64,000 nucleotides of DNA from Phycisphaeraceae bacterium (GTDB lineage Bacteria; Planctomycetota; Phycisphaerae; Phycisphaerales; Phycisphaeraceae). Of this stretch, positions 18,078-28,121 are shown in pieces. The translations under genes and the position numbers were made by a program. The stretch is taken from contig OY771506.1 of assembly GCA_963674705.1 (NCBI GenBank), forward strand, positions 224,001-288,000, written 5' to 3'. The first letter of the stretch is position 1. Each line of letters starts with the position of its first letter. The notes under the pieces are model-generated. The model made no database searches, was not told the DNA's origin, and saw nothing but the letters and a program-made list of their open reading frames with translations.

Positions 18078-19513
18078 GATTGTGTTGTATCATCAACCTC
18101 GGCGCTTGGCGATTCAGGCGGCGCTGACCACGCCGCATACGCCAAGGCAGGCAACAACCAGAGATAGAAACTGAAAGAGCGTATCTCCGGCACGCGGTTA
18201 AACCACATCAGTAGCGCCGCCTGTGCCACGATGCAGAAGCCGGCCAGCCCCGCCCAGCGCAATACCGGATCGCCACGCGCCCCTCGCACCACCGCCGCAC
18301 AGGTCCACATCATCCGCACGCCCAACCACATCACCGCCAGCGCGCCCACAACCCCCGTGTAGCACAACAGCGCCACCCAATACACATCTTCGAAGCCTTC
18401 CTTCGTCATCGTCTTGTATAGCCGTGTGCGGTAAGCCTCGTTCAACCGCTCGATCGCGTACCCCTGATCCGGGCCATAACCGAATAGCGGCGCGTTCATC
18501 AAGGCGGTAGGAGCTACGCCGATCACAGCACCAAGCCGCTGGCGCTTCGCGCGTTCAAGATATTCCACCGAAAAGATGTTGGTCATGTTCCGCACGATCG
18601 AACGCCGACCTTGCCTCGGATGATGATACACACCGCCCTGGGTTTCCATGAGCATCGAACCGGCGATCAATACCAGGCCCAGCGAGATCGCCAGCAGGAA
18701 ACCTCCTGCTACGCGCCGTAAACCGAGCAATCCCCCGGCAAAAGACATTAACGTCAACCCCCCGGCGATTACCGCCGCCCGGGAGTATGAATAGGCCACC
18801 ATCAGGTAAACAAGCAAAAGGCTCAACCCGTCCCAGATACGCAATCGCCGGATCCGCGCCAAATAAACCGTCAGCACGACGAGCATGAACAGGCCGTAGT
18901 ACAGCGTATCGCCCAACGTACCAAATATGCTGCCGATCTCTCGCCCGCGCTCGACGATCGCAAACCGCCTCGCTTTGCCCGCGATTTCGATCTGTGATGT
19001 GTAAGGCAGCATCCAGACTTTCAGGTTATAGCCCACGACCCACTGCGCCAGCCCCGCAATCAACTGCAGCAAACCAGAGATCAGGATGATCCACAGGACC
19101 GTCGACACCTGCCGCCGCGAAAGACCCAACTGCGTCACAAGATAGAACACCGCGACGTACCGAAACGCGGAGCGCAGGTTCATCAGGCTTCCCACCAGAG
19201 GCGCATTGTTCAACGCGATCGACACCACCACGATCGCGAAAATCACCAATAGCGGCGTATCGATCGGTGTTCGGCGAAGACACCTGTCTTTAATTAACCT
19301 CACCGCAAGCACGGCTAACAGCGCCGCATAAACCAACCCCTCGATAGCAAATTGCATCGCAAACAGCACGCGCCCGGGAAACAATCCCGTCCGCCAGGCA
19401 AGCGTGATCAGGAAACTCTCCAAGGGGATCAAGGCTGTAAACGCCGCGATCAGATAAAACACGCATCGCTGCGTTATCGTGTCGATTGGATTAGCAGTAA
19501 CCGTGCTGTTCAT
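18074..19513 (-). CDS. Wzy polymerase / O-antigen-ligase-like membrane protein
   Basis: About 11-12 TM segments, GSIFGTLGD loop, YSYSRAA, PLFGYGP in a large periplasmic loop. Confidence 0.75.
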   Translation of the reverse strand: MNSTVTANPIDTITQRCVFYLIAAFTALIPLESFLITLAWRTGLFPGRVLFAMQFAIEGLVYAALLAVLAVRLIKDRCLRRTPIDTPLLVIFAIVVVSIALNNAPLVGSLMNLRSAFRYVAVFYLVTQLGLSRRQVSTVLWIILISGLLQLIAGLAQWVVGYNLKVWMLPYTSQIEIAGKARRFAIVERGREIGSIFGTLGDTLYYGLFMLVVLTVYLARIRRLRIWDGLSLLLVYLMVAYSYSRAAVIAGGLTLMSFAGGLLGLRRVAGGFLLAISLGLVLIAGSMLMETQGGVYHHPRQGRRSIVRNMTNIFSVEYLERAKRQRLGAVIGVAPTALMNAPLFGYGPDQGYAIERLNEAYRTRLYKTMTKEGFEDVYWVALLCYTGVVGALAVMWLGVRMMWTCAAVVRGARGDPVLRWAGLAGFCIVAQAALLMWFNRVPEIRSFSFYLWLLPALAYAAWSAPPESPSAEVDDTTQS

Positions 19514-20475
19514 CCATCACTCCAACCCGACAGATCGCGACCGATCAACCTGGATAGCGTTTCGTTGTGTGGTGCAAAGTAATCAATCAATCGCCGCCGC
19601 GAGTCATCAGGCATCGGCGGCGGATCAAACGATTTTTCGTTCAGCCGTAACAACGCATGGCGCGCCCGCCGTGCCAATCCATGCGGGATAAACCGGCGGA
19701 CGGTGCGTTTCATCCGATTCTTCGACTTCAGCACCCCCGCCATGCCACGCGCCACCAACTCACTGCGGGCCGCCGCCGCTGCGTTATGCTCCCGCGACAG
19801 GTCCGGCTCAAAACCGCTGTCCACGCCCACCGCTTCGTACATCGTTCGACAAAGCGCACCCGCGTCCTGCGCCAGATCATCCGTCAAAAACACGTGCACG
19901 CGCTGCGGCCCAAACACCTCCAGCAAACGCTCAATGTGCGGCTGGTAAATCCCGACCTTCAGGTGCAACCGATCCCGGTCGGCCAGCCAGTCAGCGCCGA
20001 TCGTCTGATCGAGTTCCCGCTGAACCGCAGCATCGAACGACTTGGCCGATTCCCAGCCGCGCCGACGGGAATACCAGTAAGACGAATACGCCCGCTTAAC
20101 CGGATCTCGCAACAAGGCAAAGACCTGCATCTGCGGATTGTGCTCATGAAGCCGTTGAATCGCGTCGGGCTTGTACATCGCAAATACGTGCTTCGCCAGG
20201 AATAATGACTCGGATGGATAGCGCTCGGGCAGATACTTCTGGCAACTCGCAGCGTACCCCTGAGCATATTCATCTTCACTGAAAAAATACATCATCTCAC
20301 GCTGGGCATGAGAAAGTAGCTGCGGATGCTGCGCGGCGTAACGATACAGGCTCGTCGTCCCCGCCTTCGGTGCACCGACAAGCATCGCACAAACAGACGG
20401 GACAGCCCCATGCTGCCTGCTTGTGTTTGAGGCGACACCCGCCGCTTCATCGGTTTGTCCGTTCTCAGACATCAT
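19510..20475 (-). CDS. PAPS-dependent sulfotransferase 4
   Basis: LVGAPKAGTTSL, REMMYFF, LRDPVKRAYSSY, C-terminal YFAPHNETLSRLIGRDLSGW. Confidence 0.9.
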   Translation of the reverse strand: MMSENGQTDEAAGVASNTSRQHGAVPSVCAMLVGAPKAGTTSLYRYAAQHPQLLSHAQREMMYFFSEDEYAQGYAASCQKYLPERYPSESLFLAKHVFAMYKPDAIQRLHEHNPQMQVFALLRDPVKRAYSSYWYSRRRGWESAKSFDAAVQRELDQTIGADWLADRDRLHLKVGIYQPHIERLLEVFGPQRVHVFLTDDLAQDAGALCRTMYEAVGVDSGFEPDLSREHNAAAAARSELVARGMAGVLKSKNRMKRTVRRFIPHGLARRARHALLRLNEKSFDPPPMPDDSRRRLIDYFAPHNETLSRLIGRDLSGWSDG

Positions 20476-20617
20476 GACGCAGCGTGCTCGGTTCCCTGAT
20501 ATCGCGATTGAACTATCGTATGAACGACCATCTTCCCTGACATCTCAACGGTGCTATCCCCACATATGATAACACGCACAACCCTGGACACATCGAATAT
20601 ATCACTTCGATGCACCG

Positions 20618-21541
20618 TTACCAGACCCATTTATCCAGGCCCAGTAAATGCGCCAACGCTTCCGGCTCATTCTGGTAATACGCCTCCAGCTTGAGGCGGT
20701 CCGCATCACTTAACGCATCACCCGGCACAGCCCGCCCGCCCCCATTGCCTGATCGACCAAGTACCGCATCCGTCACGCTCCGCAACCGCCTCAAAACCGA
20801 ACGCATCGCGGGTTTGTCATGCACGTACGGCTTAAGCCGCCAGATCAATGAACGATACACCCCATGCAACCCGGGCCATCGCACACGACGCGAAGCGTTA
20901 TGGATATCAAACGCATAATCATCGTAAAACGCACGATCAATCCCCACGCAGCCACATATCCGCTGAACAATCCCTTTCGGATCATCGATCAGTTCGCGGT
21001 AGTTGACCACAGTGAGTCTGTCCCGCCCGAACTCGTCCACCCACGGGCGAAGATACTTTGAATACCGACCTTCCTGTATGGACCGCATGTGTTGCGGAAG
21101 TGATTCGCCTTTCGACGCAGCCTCGAATTGTGTCTGTACGTATTCTGTCAGACTCACGCTCGAAGCCAGCAGCCCGTTCTGGATCGCGTAACGCCGCCAG
21201 GACTTCATCCGTGCGATCGGTTCACGCAATACGACAACGACATGCACATCCTGCAAAGTGTCGGCGATCCGTTTGGCGACCACCGGCCTGAACAGATAAT
21301 CCGGCGTCGCCTCAAGCCGAACCTTGTCCGCCGGGCAATCCGGAAAGAAACTGTTGTACCCCTGCGCCCCATCTTCATATCGATGCAAACGACGCAATTC
21401 ATCATGATCCAGGAAGAACCGTGTCTCCTTGATGGTCGATTTACACATGCCCGGATGGTCAGACAGGTAGCTGAATAGTGACGTGGTGCCCGCACGGGTG
21501 ACGCCGGCGATGATCAGATGTTTTGCGGGGCTTAAAGTCAT
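20618..21541 (-). CDS. PAPS-dependent sulfotransferase 5
   Basis: LIIAGVTRAGTTSL, KETRFF, EATPDYL, LREPIARMKS. Confidence 0.9.
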   Translation of the reverse strand: MTLSPAKHLIIAGVTRAGTTSLFSYLSDHPGMCKSTIKETRFFLDHDELRRLHRYEDGAQGYNSFFPDCPADKVRLEATPDYLFRPVVAKRIADTLQDVHVVVVLREPIARMKSWRRYAIQNGLLASSVSLTEYVQTQFEAASKGESLPQHMRSIQEGRYSKYLRPWVDEFGRDRLTVVNYRELIDDPKGIVQRICGCVGIDRAFYDDYAFDIHNASRRVRWPGLHGVYRSLIWRLKPYVHDKPAMRSVLRRLRSVTDAVLGRSGNGGGRAVPGDALSDADRLKLEAYYQNEPEALAHLLGLDKWVW

Positions 21542-22875
21542 GAACTTGGATGGGACAAAGCGTTAGACATCGGTTTGGCGTTCAGTCGTAACAGGTTCAG
21601 CATGGACAATATCGCCGTAGCCAGAGCCGCCCACGCCACGCCGGTCAGCCCTAGCCAGCTAAACAACACATAGGCAAGTACCACATTAGCGAAGGCTGCA
21701 AAGCACATATTACCCAGCACGGCCCCGAATCGCTTGCGGGCATAGAGCGCTGAGGTCAGTACAGGCAGCAAGCAGTAAAAGATTGTCGCCGGTCCAAGCA
21801 CGAACAGGACCGCCGCCGACGCCTCCAGCCCCGCCGGGTCTTTGCCTTTGCCGCCATAAAGTGTGTCAATAATGAAAGAGCTCAACAGCATCATGATCAC
21901 CGCGGCGGGCAGGGTTAATCCCAGAATAAGCAGCAATCGATGATAAATGGATCGCTTGAACTGCTTCCAGTCGCCGGCAAGGTCCTGCTCGGTGAGCTTT
22001 GGCATCCCGGTCAACGCAACGGAAACCCCAACGATATTCTGAATCGCCGCCAGCAATCGGTACGCACAGTAGTAGGCCGTCACAGAACCTGAAGGCCCGA
22101 GTGAAGCGATCGCGTACTCGACCACACGTGACGCCTGCCTCACGCCGAATCCCGCAAGCGGATACGCGATCGTGCCACGCAACTGTGTAAAAGTCTCCCG
22201 GCGCGGCAGGTGCAAAATGTTTGGCTTGAATCCCAGCTTCATGACCGCATTGATCAGCAACAGGATGAAGTACAACGCGTAACCCAGCGTAAACGCTGCC
22301 GCGATCCAGTACGGCGCGCGGTCGTTGTGCCAGGTCAGAACCACAGCGAGTATCACAACACCGGGCGTGATCGCATTACGCAGTGCGGTCACGGTAAAGT
22401 GCTTGTGGCTGTTGAGCATGACCTCGAGCACCGCAGCCCCCATCGCGAACAATACCACCCCCGACATCAGCCGAAGCAACGTCGCGGATAACGCCTGATC
22501 CTCCGGCTCGAGGCCCCAGCCCGCCAACATCGTGATCGGTCCCGCCAAAACCAACCCGACACACATCAGCACAAAGCCGATCCCCAGGAACAGGTTGAAC
22601 ACGCGTGTGCCAAAATCCAGGAATTCCCCGCCGCCCCGCTCTTTTTCAACCGTGATGAATACCGACATCAGGCTGAACTTCGTCGCGTCCCGGCCGACCG
22701 TCCCGATCAGGCGCGGCAGCCGCAGGGCGATGATCAGGGCGTCCGCCACGGCTGAAAAATCGAACCGCCGCACGATCAGCACGTCCGCCAGCAACGCCAG
22801 CACCATCCCCGCCGCCACCAGGCTCATCACCCGCTGGGTTGCACTACGCCATAGCTTGGCAAGGAGTCGACTCAT
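21538..22875 (-). CDS. MurJ/MviN-like (MOP superfamily) lipid-linked glycan flippase
   Basis: ADALIIALRLP, GSVTAYYCAYRL, LYARK, WLGLTGVAWA; multi-TM. The start is 22875 (ATG) or 22944. Confidence 0.8.
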   Translation of the reverse strand: MSRLLAKLWRSATQRVMSLVAAGMVLALLADVLIVRRFDFSAVADALIIALRLPRLIGTVGRDATKFSLMSVFITVEKERGGGEFLDFGTRVFNLFLGIGFVLMCVGLVLAGPITMLAGWGLEPEDQALSATLLRLMSGVVLFAMGAAVLEVMLNSHKHFTVTALRNAITPGVVILAVVLTWHNDRAPYWIAAAFTLGYALYFILLLINAVMKLGFKPNILHLPRRETFTQLRGTIAYPLAGFGVRQASRVVEYAIASLGPSGSVTAYYCAYRLLAAIQNIVGVSVALTGMPKLTEQDLAGDWKQFKRSIYHRLLLILGLTLPAAVIMMLLSSFIIDTLYGGKGKDPAGLEASAAVLFVLGPATIFYCLLPVLTSALYARKRFGAVLGNMCFAAFANVVLAYVLFSWLGLTGVAWAALATAILSMLNLLRLNAKPMSNALSHPSS

Positions 22876-23010
22876 AACGGATGTTTCGCAATAGGGATGG
22901 GGCTCAGGCGTTTCATTTTCGGCAAGTGTAGCGAGCAATGGCACTGCGGGTCACGCCGGGCCGCCATAGGCTGCTCGATCACCCCTAACTTACCCAATTG
23001 TCGGGGTTTG

Positions 23011-23038
23011 TTGACATTACGGCCACCTGCCTTACACT
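23011..23038 (+). promoter_or_regulatory. Sigma70-type promoter for the priming glycosyltransferase gene
   Basis: TTGACA-16 nt-TACACT. Confidence 0.55.
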
Positions 23039-23107
23039 GACAGGTTAGTGCAGTGACTACGGCTTGTTTCGGCTGCAAAGGATGGCGCCGATCCCGCGCG
23101 CTAATGC

Positions 23108-24685
23108 ATGGTCATGACACCCAGCGAAACTGCGACGAACATCTCGACTACCTTGGACCCCGCAGCTGAGGTCTCGGTAAAGCCCGAAGTACGGATCACC
23201 ACGACCACGGTCCCGCGCAAGCGTTTTCGCAGACCACCGGCCAAGGATCCGTTGGCGTTTCGTATGCGCCGCCTGGCAGGGCCCAGCCTCTTCCTCGGGG
23301 ACGTCCTGGCCATGCAGATGTCCCTGCTGATGGGATTCTGGCTCCGCTGGGGACTCGACGCCTTCGGCCGAATGACCGAATTTAAAATACTCACCGGCGG
23401 GCTGAGACGCGGTGAGTACGGCGCTCTGGCGATCGGCATGATGGTACTGCCCATCGCTTACTGGGTGCAGGGCCTGTACCCCGGCTACGGCCTGAATCCC
23501 GTCGAACGTCTGCGCCGACGTATCTACACCGTTGGGCTCGTTTTCGCCATGCTGCTGGCATGGGATTACGCCGTACTGAAAGCCGATCCCTCCCGGGGCG
23601 TCCTCATGCTGACATTCGTCTTCGCGGCCGTGCTAGGACCGGTTATTGAAGCCGTCGTCCGTACGTGCCTGCGATCCGCTGGAGCATGGGGCATGCCCGT
23701 GGTCGTCCTCGGAGCCGCCAAGACCGGCAAAATGGTCACCCGTGTACTGCAGCGAGAGCCCGAACTCGGTTTCGTCCCCATCGCCATCTACGACGACGAT
23801 CCGGACACATGGGGCACGGAAATCGCCGGCGTGCCCGTCCTCGGGCCGCTGTCCCGAGCCAAGAAACTGTCCAAAATCTGCAAGACCGCCCTGATCGCTA
23901 TGCCCGGCATGGAAGCCCGCAAAACCGCCCACCTATGCCACCGCCTGCCTTATCCCCGTGTGATCTCGATCCCCGACCTGGTCGGCCTGTCCAGCCTCTG
24001 GGTCTCCTCACGCGACCTCGGCGGGATCGTCGGCCTGGAGGTCAAAAAGAACCTCTTCCCGCGTCGGAACTGGATGCTCAAACGCACGCTCGACTATATC
24101 CTCGGTTTCCACCTGTTCGTTGCGAGCCTGCCGTTACTCGCCGTTTTCGCGGTCTGGATCAAGATCGTCAGCCCGGATGGGCCCATCCTCTTCCGTCAGC
24201 CCCGCGTCGGTTTCGGCGGCAAGACGATCGGCGTCTGGAAACTGCGGACCATGTACCCCGATGCGGACGACCGCCTGCAAGCCTGCCTTGAAGCCGATCC
24301 CGAAAAGTTCGAGCAGTGGAAACACTACTGCAAACTCAAGGACGATCCGCGTGTCCTGCCCGGTGTCGGTCGGCTCCTGCGACGTACCAGCCTCGATGAG
24401 CTTCCCCAGTTATGGAACGTACTCGTCGGCGAGATGAGCCTCGTCGGCCCACGCCCGTTCCCCCACTACCACCTCGCCCGATTCAGCCCGCAGTTCCGTA
24501 CCATCCGCCGAAGCGTCCTACCCGGCCTCACCGGCCTCTGGCAGGTCTCCGGCCGAAGCGAATCCGATGTCTCCGTACAGGAAGTCATGGACACCTACTA
24601 CATCCGCAACTGGTCCCCCTGGCTGGACGTCTACCTCCTCGCCCGCACCATCGGCGCCGTCATCCAGGGCCGCGGGGCGTACTGA
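23108..24685 (+). CDS. WbaP/WcaJ-type undecaprenyl-phosphate hexose-1-phosphate transferase
   Basis: Four N-terminal TMs, VVVLGA Rossmann-like domain, [51 protein letters not shown]. Confidence 0.93.
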   Translation: MVMTPSETATNISTTLDPAAEVSVKPEVRITTTTVPRKRFRRPPAKDPLAFRMRRLAGPSLFLGDVLAMQMSLLMGFWLRWGLDAFGRMTEFKILTGGLRRGEYGALAIGMMVLPIAYWVQGLYPGYGLNPVERLRRRIYTVGLVFAMLLAWDYAVLKADPSRGVLMLTFVFAAVLGPVIEAVVRTCLRSAGAWGMPVVVLGAAKTGKMVTRVLQREPELGFVPIAIYDDDPDTWGTEIAGVPVLGPLSRAKKLSKICKTALIAMPGMEARKTAHLCHRLPYPRVISIPDLVGLSSLWVSSRDLGGIVGLEVKKNLFPRRNWMLKRTLDYILGFHLFVASLPLLAVFAVWIKIVSPDGPILFRQPRVGFGGKTIGVWKLRTMYPDADDRLQACLEADPEKFEQWKHYCKLKDDPRVLPGVGRLLRRTSLDELPQLWNVLVGEMSLVGPRPFPHYHLARFSPQFRTIRRSVLPGLTGLWQVSGRSESDVSVQEVMDTYYIRNWSPWLDVYLLARTIGAVIQGRGAY

Positions 24686-24720
24686 TCGACTCCAGCCGGA
24701 GAACCCGGACATCAGATTCC

Positions 24721-24856
24721 AAATGACGAAGTTCGAATGCACGAATGTCGAATCAATGTCCAAATAACAAATGCCAAATGAATGTCCGGCCTCCGATTCG
24801 CCATTAAAGCCTTCGACATTCTTTCGTCATTCGGGCATTCATCATTCGTGCATTCC
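24721..24856. repeat. Degenerate heptamer inverted cassette (AATGNCG-type left arm, ATTCGNC-type right arm)
   Basis: Left arm AATGACG AAGTTCG AATGCACG AATGTCG AATC AATGTCC...; right arm ATTCGCC...TTCGAC ATTC TTTCGTC ATTCGGGC ATTCATC ATTCGTGC ATTCC. Lies between convergent genes. Confidence 0.8.
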
Positions 24857-24878
24857 ACCTATGCCTAAAATGAACCGT

Positions 24879-26258
24879 CTATCGTGAAGTGTGTTGCTCG
24901 ACCAACTCAATAAACCGCGCCCCGCGCTGCTCGTAGTTATCAAACTGATCCCAACTCGCACACGCAGGGCTTAGCAGTACGACTTCGCCGAATTTCGCAC
25001 GCTGCACCGCTTCTTTCACCGCTCGTTCCAGCACCTCACACCGCACCACCGCCGCGGCGGCGGAGGCGGCTTCAGCCGCCGTTGCAATCCCATCTCCCGT
25101 CACCCCGATCGTGTAAACACCCGCACACTTCTGCGACGCTAACGCCGCCAACGGCTTCAGGTCGCTGCCCTTGTCATACCCGCCCAGAATGATGTGAACC
25201 GTCCCCGCATCAAAACTCTTGATCGCAAGCTCCGCCGCCTCCGGCGTCGTACACTTCGAATCATTGAAGTAACGCACACCGTTGTGTTCACAAACAAACT
25301 GCAACCGGTGCGGCAGGCCCGGGAAGTCTGTAAGAGCCGAGGCGCTTAGTTTTTCTTCTACTTCTGCAAAATGGCATGCGCCGATTGCCATCACCGCATT
25401 CATCAGGTTGTGCTCGCCGGGGATCTTTAACTCAACACCCCACGCTTCGGCATAATCTCTCGGCGTGTCATCAAAACCGATCACGCGCTTAGGCCAGCGA
25501 TCACTATTCAATCGAAATACATGATGTTGCCATTCGGGGAATACAGCAAAATCCGCTTCGCTCTGGTAGTCGAAGATCACCTGCTTGTCTTCAAGATAAG
25601 CCTCGTAAGTTCCATGCCAATCAATATGATTCGGGCTGACATTCGTCAGCACCGCGATATGCGGCGACCACCCCTTAAAGTGCTTGTTCTCACGCAACCC
25701 GTGCAGCATGAAACTCGAAAGCTCCAGCACTACCCAATCATCCGGTCCGATCTCATCCACATAATCCAGCAGCGACCCCCCGATATTGCCCCCGACCCAC
25801 ACGCTCCGGGCACCTTCATTTCCTGCTTTTCTGCTTTCCTGTTTTTCTGCTTTCTCCAACACATGTCCGATCATCGCCGTCGTCGTACTCTTGCCCGCCG
25901 TGCCCGTTACGCCGATCGTGCGATGGCGGTTAGGCAAAGCCTCGACAAGCAACCGTATCTCGCTGGTGATTGGGATGTCCGCCGCTTCGGCCGCTCGCAG
26001 GAAACGGTTGTCGGGCTTTACCGCCGGGTTCGCGACGAGAAGGTCACAGGTCGTGAAGTCGCTGACGTTGTGTTCGCCCAGCCGGTACTCGATCGGCAGG
26101 CCTTCGAGTTTGATGAGGCTGTCCTTAAGCTGATCCTCGTTTAGCTGATCGGTCACCAGCACGTCCGCGCCTTGTTTGACCAGGTAACGCGTCACCCCCA
26201 CCCCGCCACCGAAGCGGCCGAGACCCATTACCGTTACGCGCTTACCTGCCAGTTCCAT
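24879..26258 (-). CDS. murD: UDP-N-acetylmuramoyl-L-alanine--D-glutamate ligase
   Basis: GLGRFGGG, GVTGTAGKSTT, ELSSF, NHIDWH, HRLQ, NDSKCT, LLSPACASWDQF. Start taken at ATG 26258. Confidence 0.95.
   Translation of the reverse strand: MELAGKRVTVMGLGRFGGGVGVTRYLVKQGADVLVTDQLNEDQLKDSLIKLEGLPIEYRLGEHNVSDFTTCDLLVANPAVKPDNRFLRAAEAADIPITSEIRLLVEALPNRHRTIGVTGTAGKSTTTAMIGHVLEKAEKQESRKAGNEGARSVWVGGNIGGSLLDYVDEIGPDDWVVLELSSFMLHGLRENKHFKGWSPHIAVLTNVSPNHIDWHGTYEAYLEDKQVIFDYQSEADFAVFPEWQHHVFRLNSDRWPKRVIGFDDTPRDYAEAWGVELKIPGEHNLMNAVMAIGACHFAEVEEKLSASALTDFPGLPHRLQFVCEHNGVRYFNDSKCTTPEAAELAIKSFDAGTVHIILGGYDKGSDLKPLAALASQKCAGVYTIGVTGDGIATAAEAASAAAAVVRCEVLERAVKEAVQRAKFGEVVLLSPACASWDQFDNYEQRGARFIELVEQHTSR
25819..25850 (+). 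repeat. Octamer tract inside murD (TTTCCTGC TTTTCTGC TTTCCTGT TTTTCTGC)
   Basis: Read directly; encodes the loop insertion AEKQESRKAGN. Confidence 0.75.
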
Positions 26259-26277
26259 ACCAACAGTGTACGAAATC

Positions 26278-26310
26278 AAAGAAGCCCACGTTCAATCGAA
26301 CGCGGGCTCC
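26278..26310 (-). terminator. Palindrome / terminator after the CvpA-like gene
   Basis: AGCCCACGTTC-AATC-GAACGCGGGCT stem, with TTCTTT following on the minus strand; near-identical to 36698-36726. Confidence 0.55.
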
Positions 26311-26336
26311 CGTGTTGCTTGATAATGTTTAACGAA

Positions 26337-28076
26337 TCACTCGACCTTGTACGGTGGGTTAAACGACTGGTTCGACTCGTTACCCACGCGGTAGGCGGTC
26401 AGCGTCGCCGGCTTCGTAACGCTGAAGTAGAAGTAGAACTGATCATCATCACCCATCTGGCTGATCGGCGTCTGGCTGGCGCTTTGGATCGGTTCGTAGT
26501 CATTAAAATAGATTTCCTGATCGCCGTTTTCCTTCCTCCAGACCCACGCGGTGGGACGCCACACGTTCCCGTTCGAGTCTTCCAGGAATATCGGGTTCAG
26601 CGCCTTGGCCGACGCTATACCACTGCCGAAGATCGATCGGGTCTGCTCGCCCTTGACCTCGATCTGAATCATGGCATCTTGAGGTGGTATATCGAAGCCA
26701 ATGATCTTGTTGCGTGCACCGACATTCCCGCCCGGCTTACGGGCCGAGCCCTTACTGCCTCGTGTGATCAAGGCACCGCTTTCGGAGTCCGTGGTAGAAA
26801 GACCGCTGATCGTGTTCTTGCTAGCGGTTGCCGGCAGGCGGTTGGTCTCTTTCAGAGCCAGTGCATAACTGCCCACCAGGATGCTGTCCGCATCACTGAT
26901 CTGCGTTGCACCTTGATCGCGATCCGGCCTCTCAGCGCTTTCACTCACATCACCTTCTTCGGCTTCCGGTTCCGGAGCCTTCGGCTGGCCAAGTGCATCC
27001 AGCAGCTCGTTGGCATTGCTCTTGATCTGACCCTGGTCGGGCATATCCAGACGCAACATGCGGATCTGCGGGAACTGTGGCTCATATCCCGGCTCAACCA
27101 GGAACACGAAACCAAACGTACTGTTGGGCGCCTGCGAGAACGCCATCTGTGAGCCCGAGTCATACGGGTAGAACGTACGCACGCCGCTGCTGCCCATCGG
27201 CTTGGAAAAACCGATCGGCCCCACCGTTTTCACATCCTTGACACCCTTTTCCTTCGACTGGACGATCAGACGCACCTGCGAGGAAGGCAAACGTAACGCA
27301 CGGTCACCATCGACCGTGTTTTTAACCACTGACCACTCGGTATCGACGATCACCATTTTCATCCCCGGCTGGTTGAACCGGGAACCGAGCACCTCCGCCA
27401 TATCAGGCGTCAGGCTATCGACCAGGTTGGATGTATCCGCGATGTACGCATTCGTCACTTTCACCGCATCCGGCGACGCCACGATGGAGACAAAGTCAGG
27501 GCGAACGCGGACCAGTGACATCTGAACATCCAGTTCAGGCTTGTACAGTGCCATCGGGGTCTTGGTGGAGAAAGCACCGCGAGACAGGCCGCTGTAGAAG
27601 TTGGCGGCGATCGAATTCACCGGCACCCACAGCTTGCTGCCCGTGTCCTGGATCACGCCACCGGCCGCGACCGTGTAAGGCGCATACCCACCCAGGTTCG
27701 GGGTGAACGGCAGGAAACCTATCGCGATCACAAAAATCCCCGCGGTCAGCATCCCGCTGAGTAAGCCGCAGCCCCCGCCCAAAACCAGGTTCATCACCCC
27801 GGCAAACTGCGCGTTGGCCGGCACCAGCTTGTCCGACACCATTCGCAACACAAGCAGCAACACACCGAACGGCAGCAGCAGGCCAAGCGTCCAGGCGAAC
27901 AGCGGCACGTACTTGATCAGGAGCATGAGCGTCAGCGGCTCCCACAAGGCAAAGGCCAGTGTCCCCGCCACGATCACCACCATCAGGTGCAGAAACGATG
28001 AGAACAAGCCCTGCACCGTTCCCATGTAGATCATGGCCAGGATAAACAGAAGTACAACGATATTGGTAATAGGCAT
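26337..28076 (-). CDS. CvpA (colicin V production)-like membrane protein with a large extracytoplasmic C-terminal region
   Basis: N-terminal 4 TMs with G..QGL and LGGGCGLLSG patterns typical of CvpA, followed by about 450 hydrophilic residues of unknown family. Confidence 0.6.
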   Translation of the reverse strand: MPITNIVVLLFILAMIYMGTVQGLFSSFLHLMVVIVAGTLAFALWEPLTLMLLIKYVPLFAWTLGLLLPFGVLLLVLRMVSDKLVPANAQFAGVMNLVLGGGCGLLSGMLTAGIFVIAIGFLPFTPNLGGYAPYTVAAGGVIQDTGSKLWVPVNSIAANFYSGLSRGAFSTKTPMALYKPELDVQMSLVRVRPDFVSIVASPDAVKVTNAYIADTSNLVDSLTPDMAEVLGSRFNQPGMKMVIVDTEWSVVKNTVDGDRALRLPSSQVRLIVQSKEKGVKDVKTVGPIGFSKPMGSSGVRTFYPYDSGSQMAFSQAPNSTFGFVFLVEPGYEPQFPQIRMLRLDMPDQGQIKSNANELLDALGQPKAPEPEAEEGDVSESAERPDRDQGATQISDADSILVGSYALALKETNRLPATASKNTISGLSTTDSESGALITRGSKGSARKPGGNVGARNKIIGFDIPPQDAMIQIEVKGEQTRSIFGSGIASAKALNPIFLEDSNGNVWRPTAWVWRKENGDQEIYFNDYEPIQSASQTPISQMGDDDQFYFYFSVTKPATLTAYRVGNESNQSFNPPYKVE

Positions 28077-28121
28077 CGTGAATGATCCTCAACAGCGATG
28101 GGCTTGACCCGGTCCGCTGGT

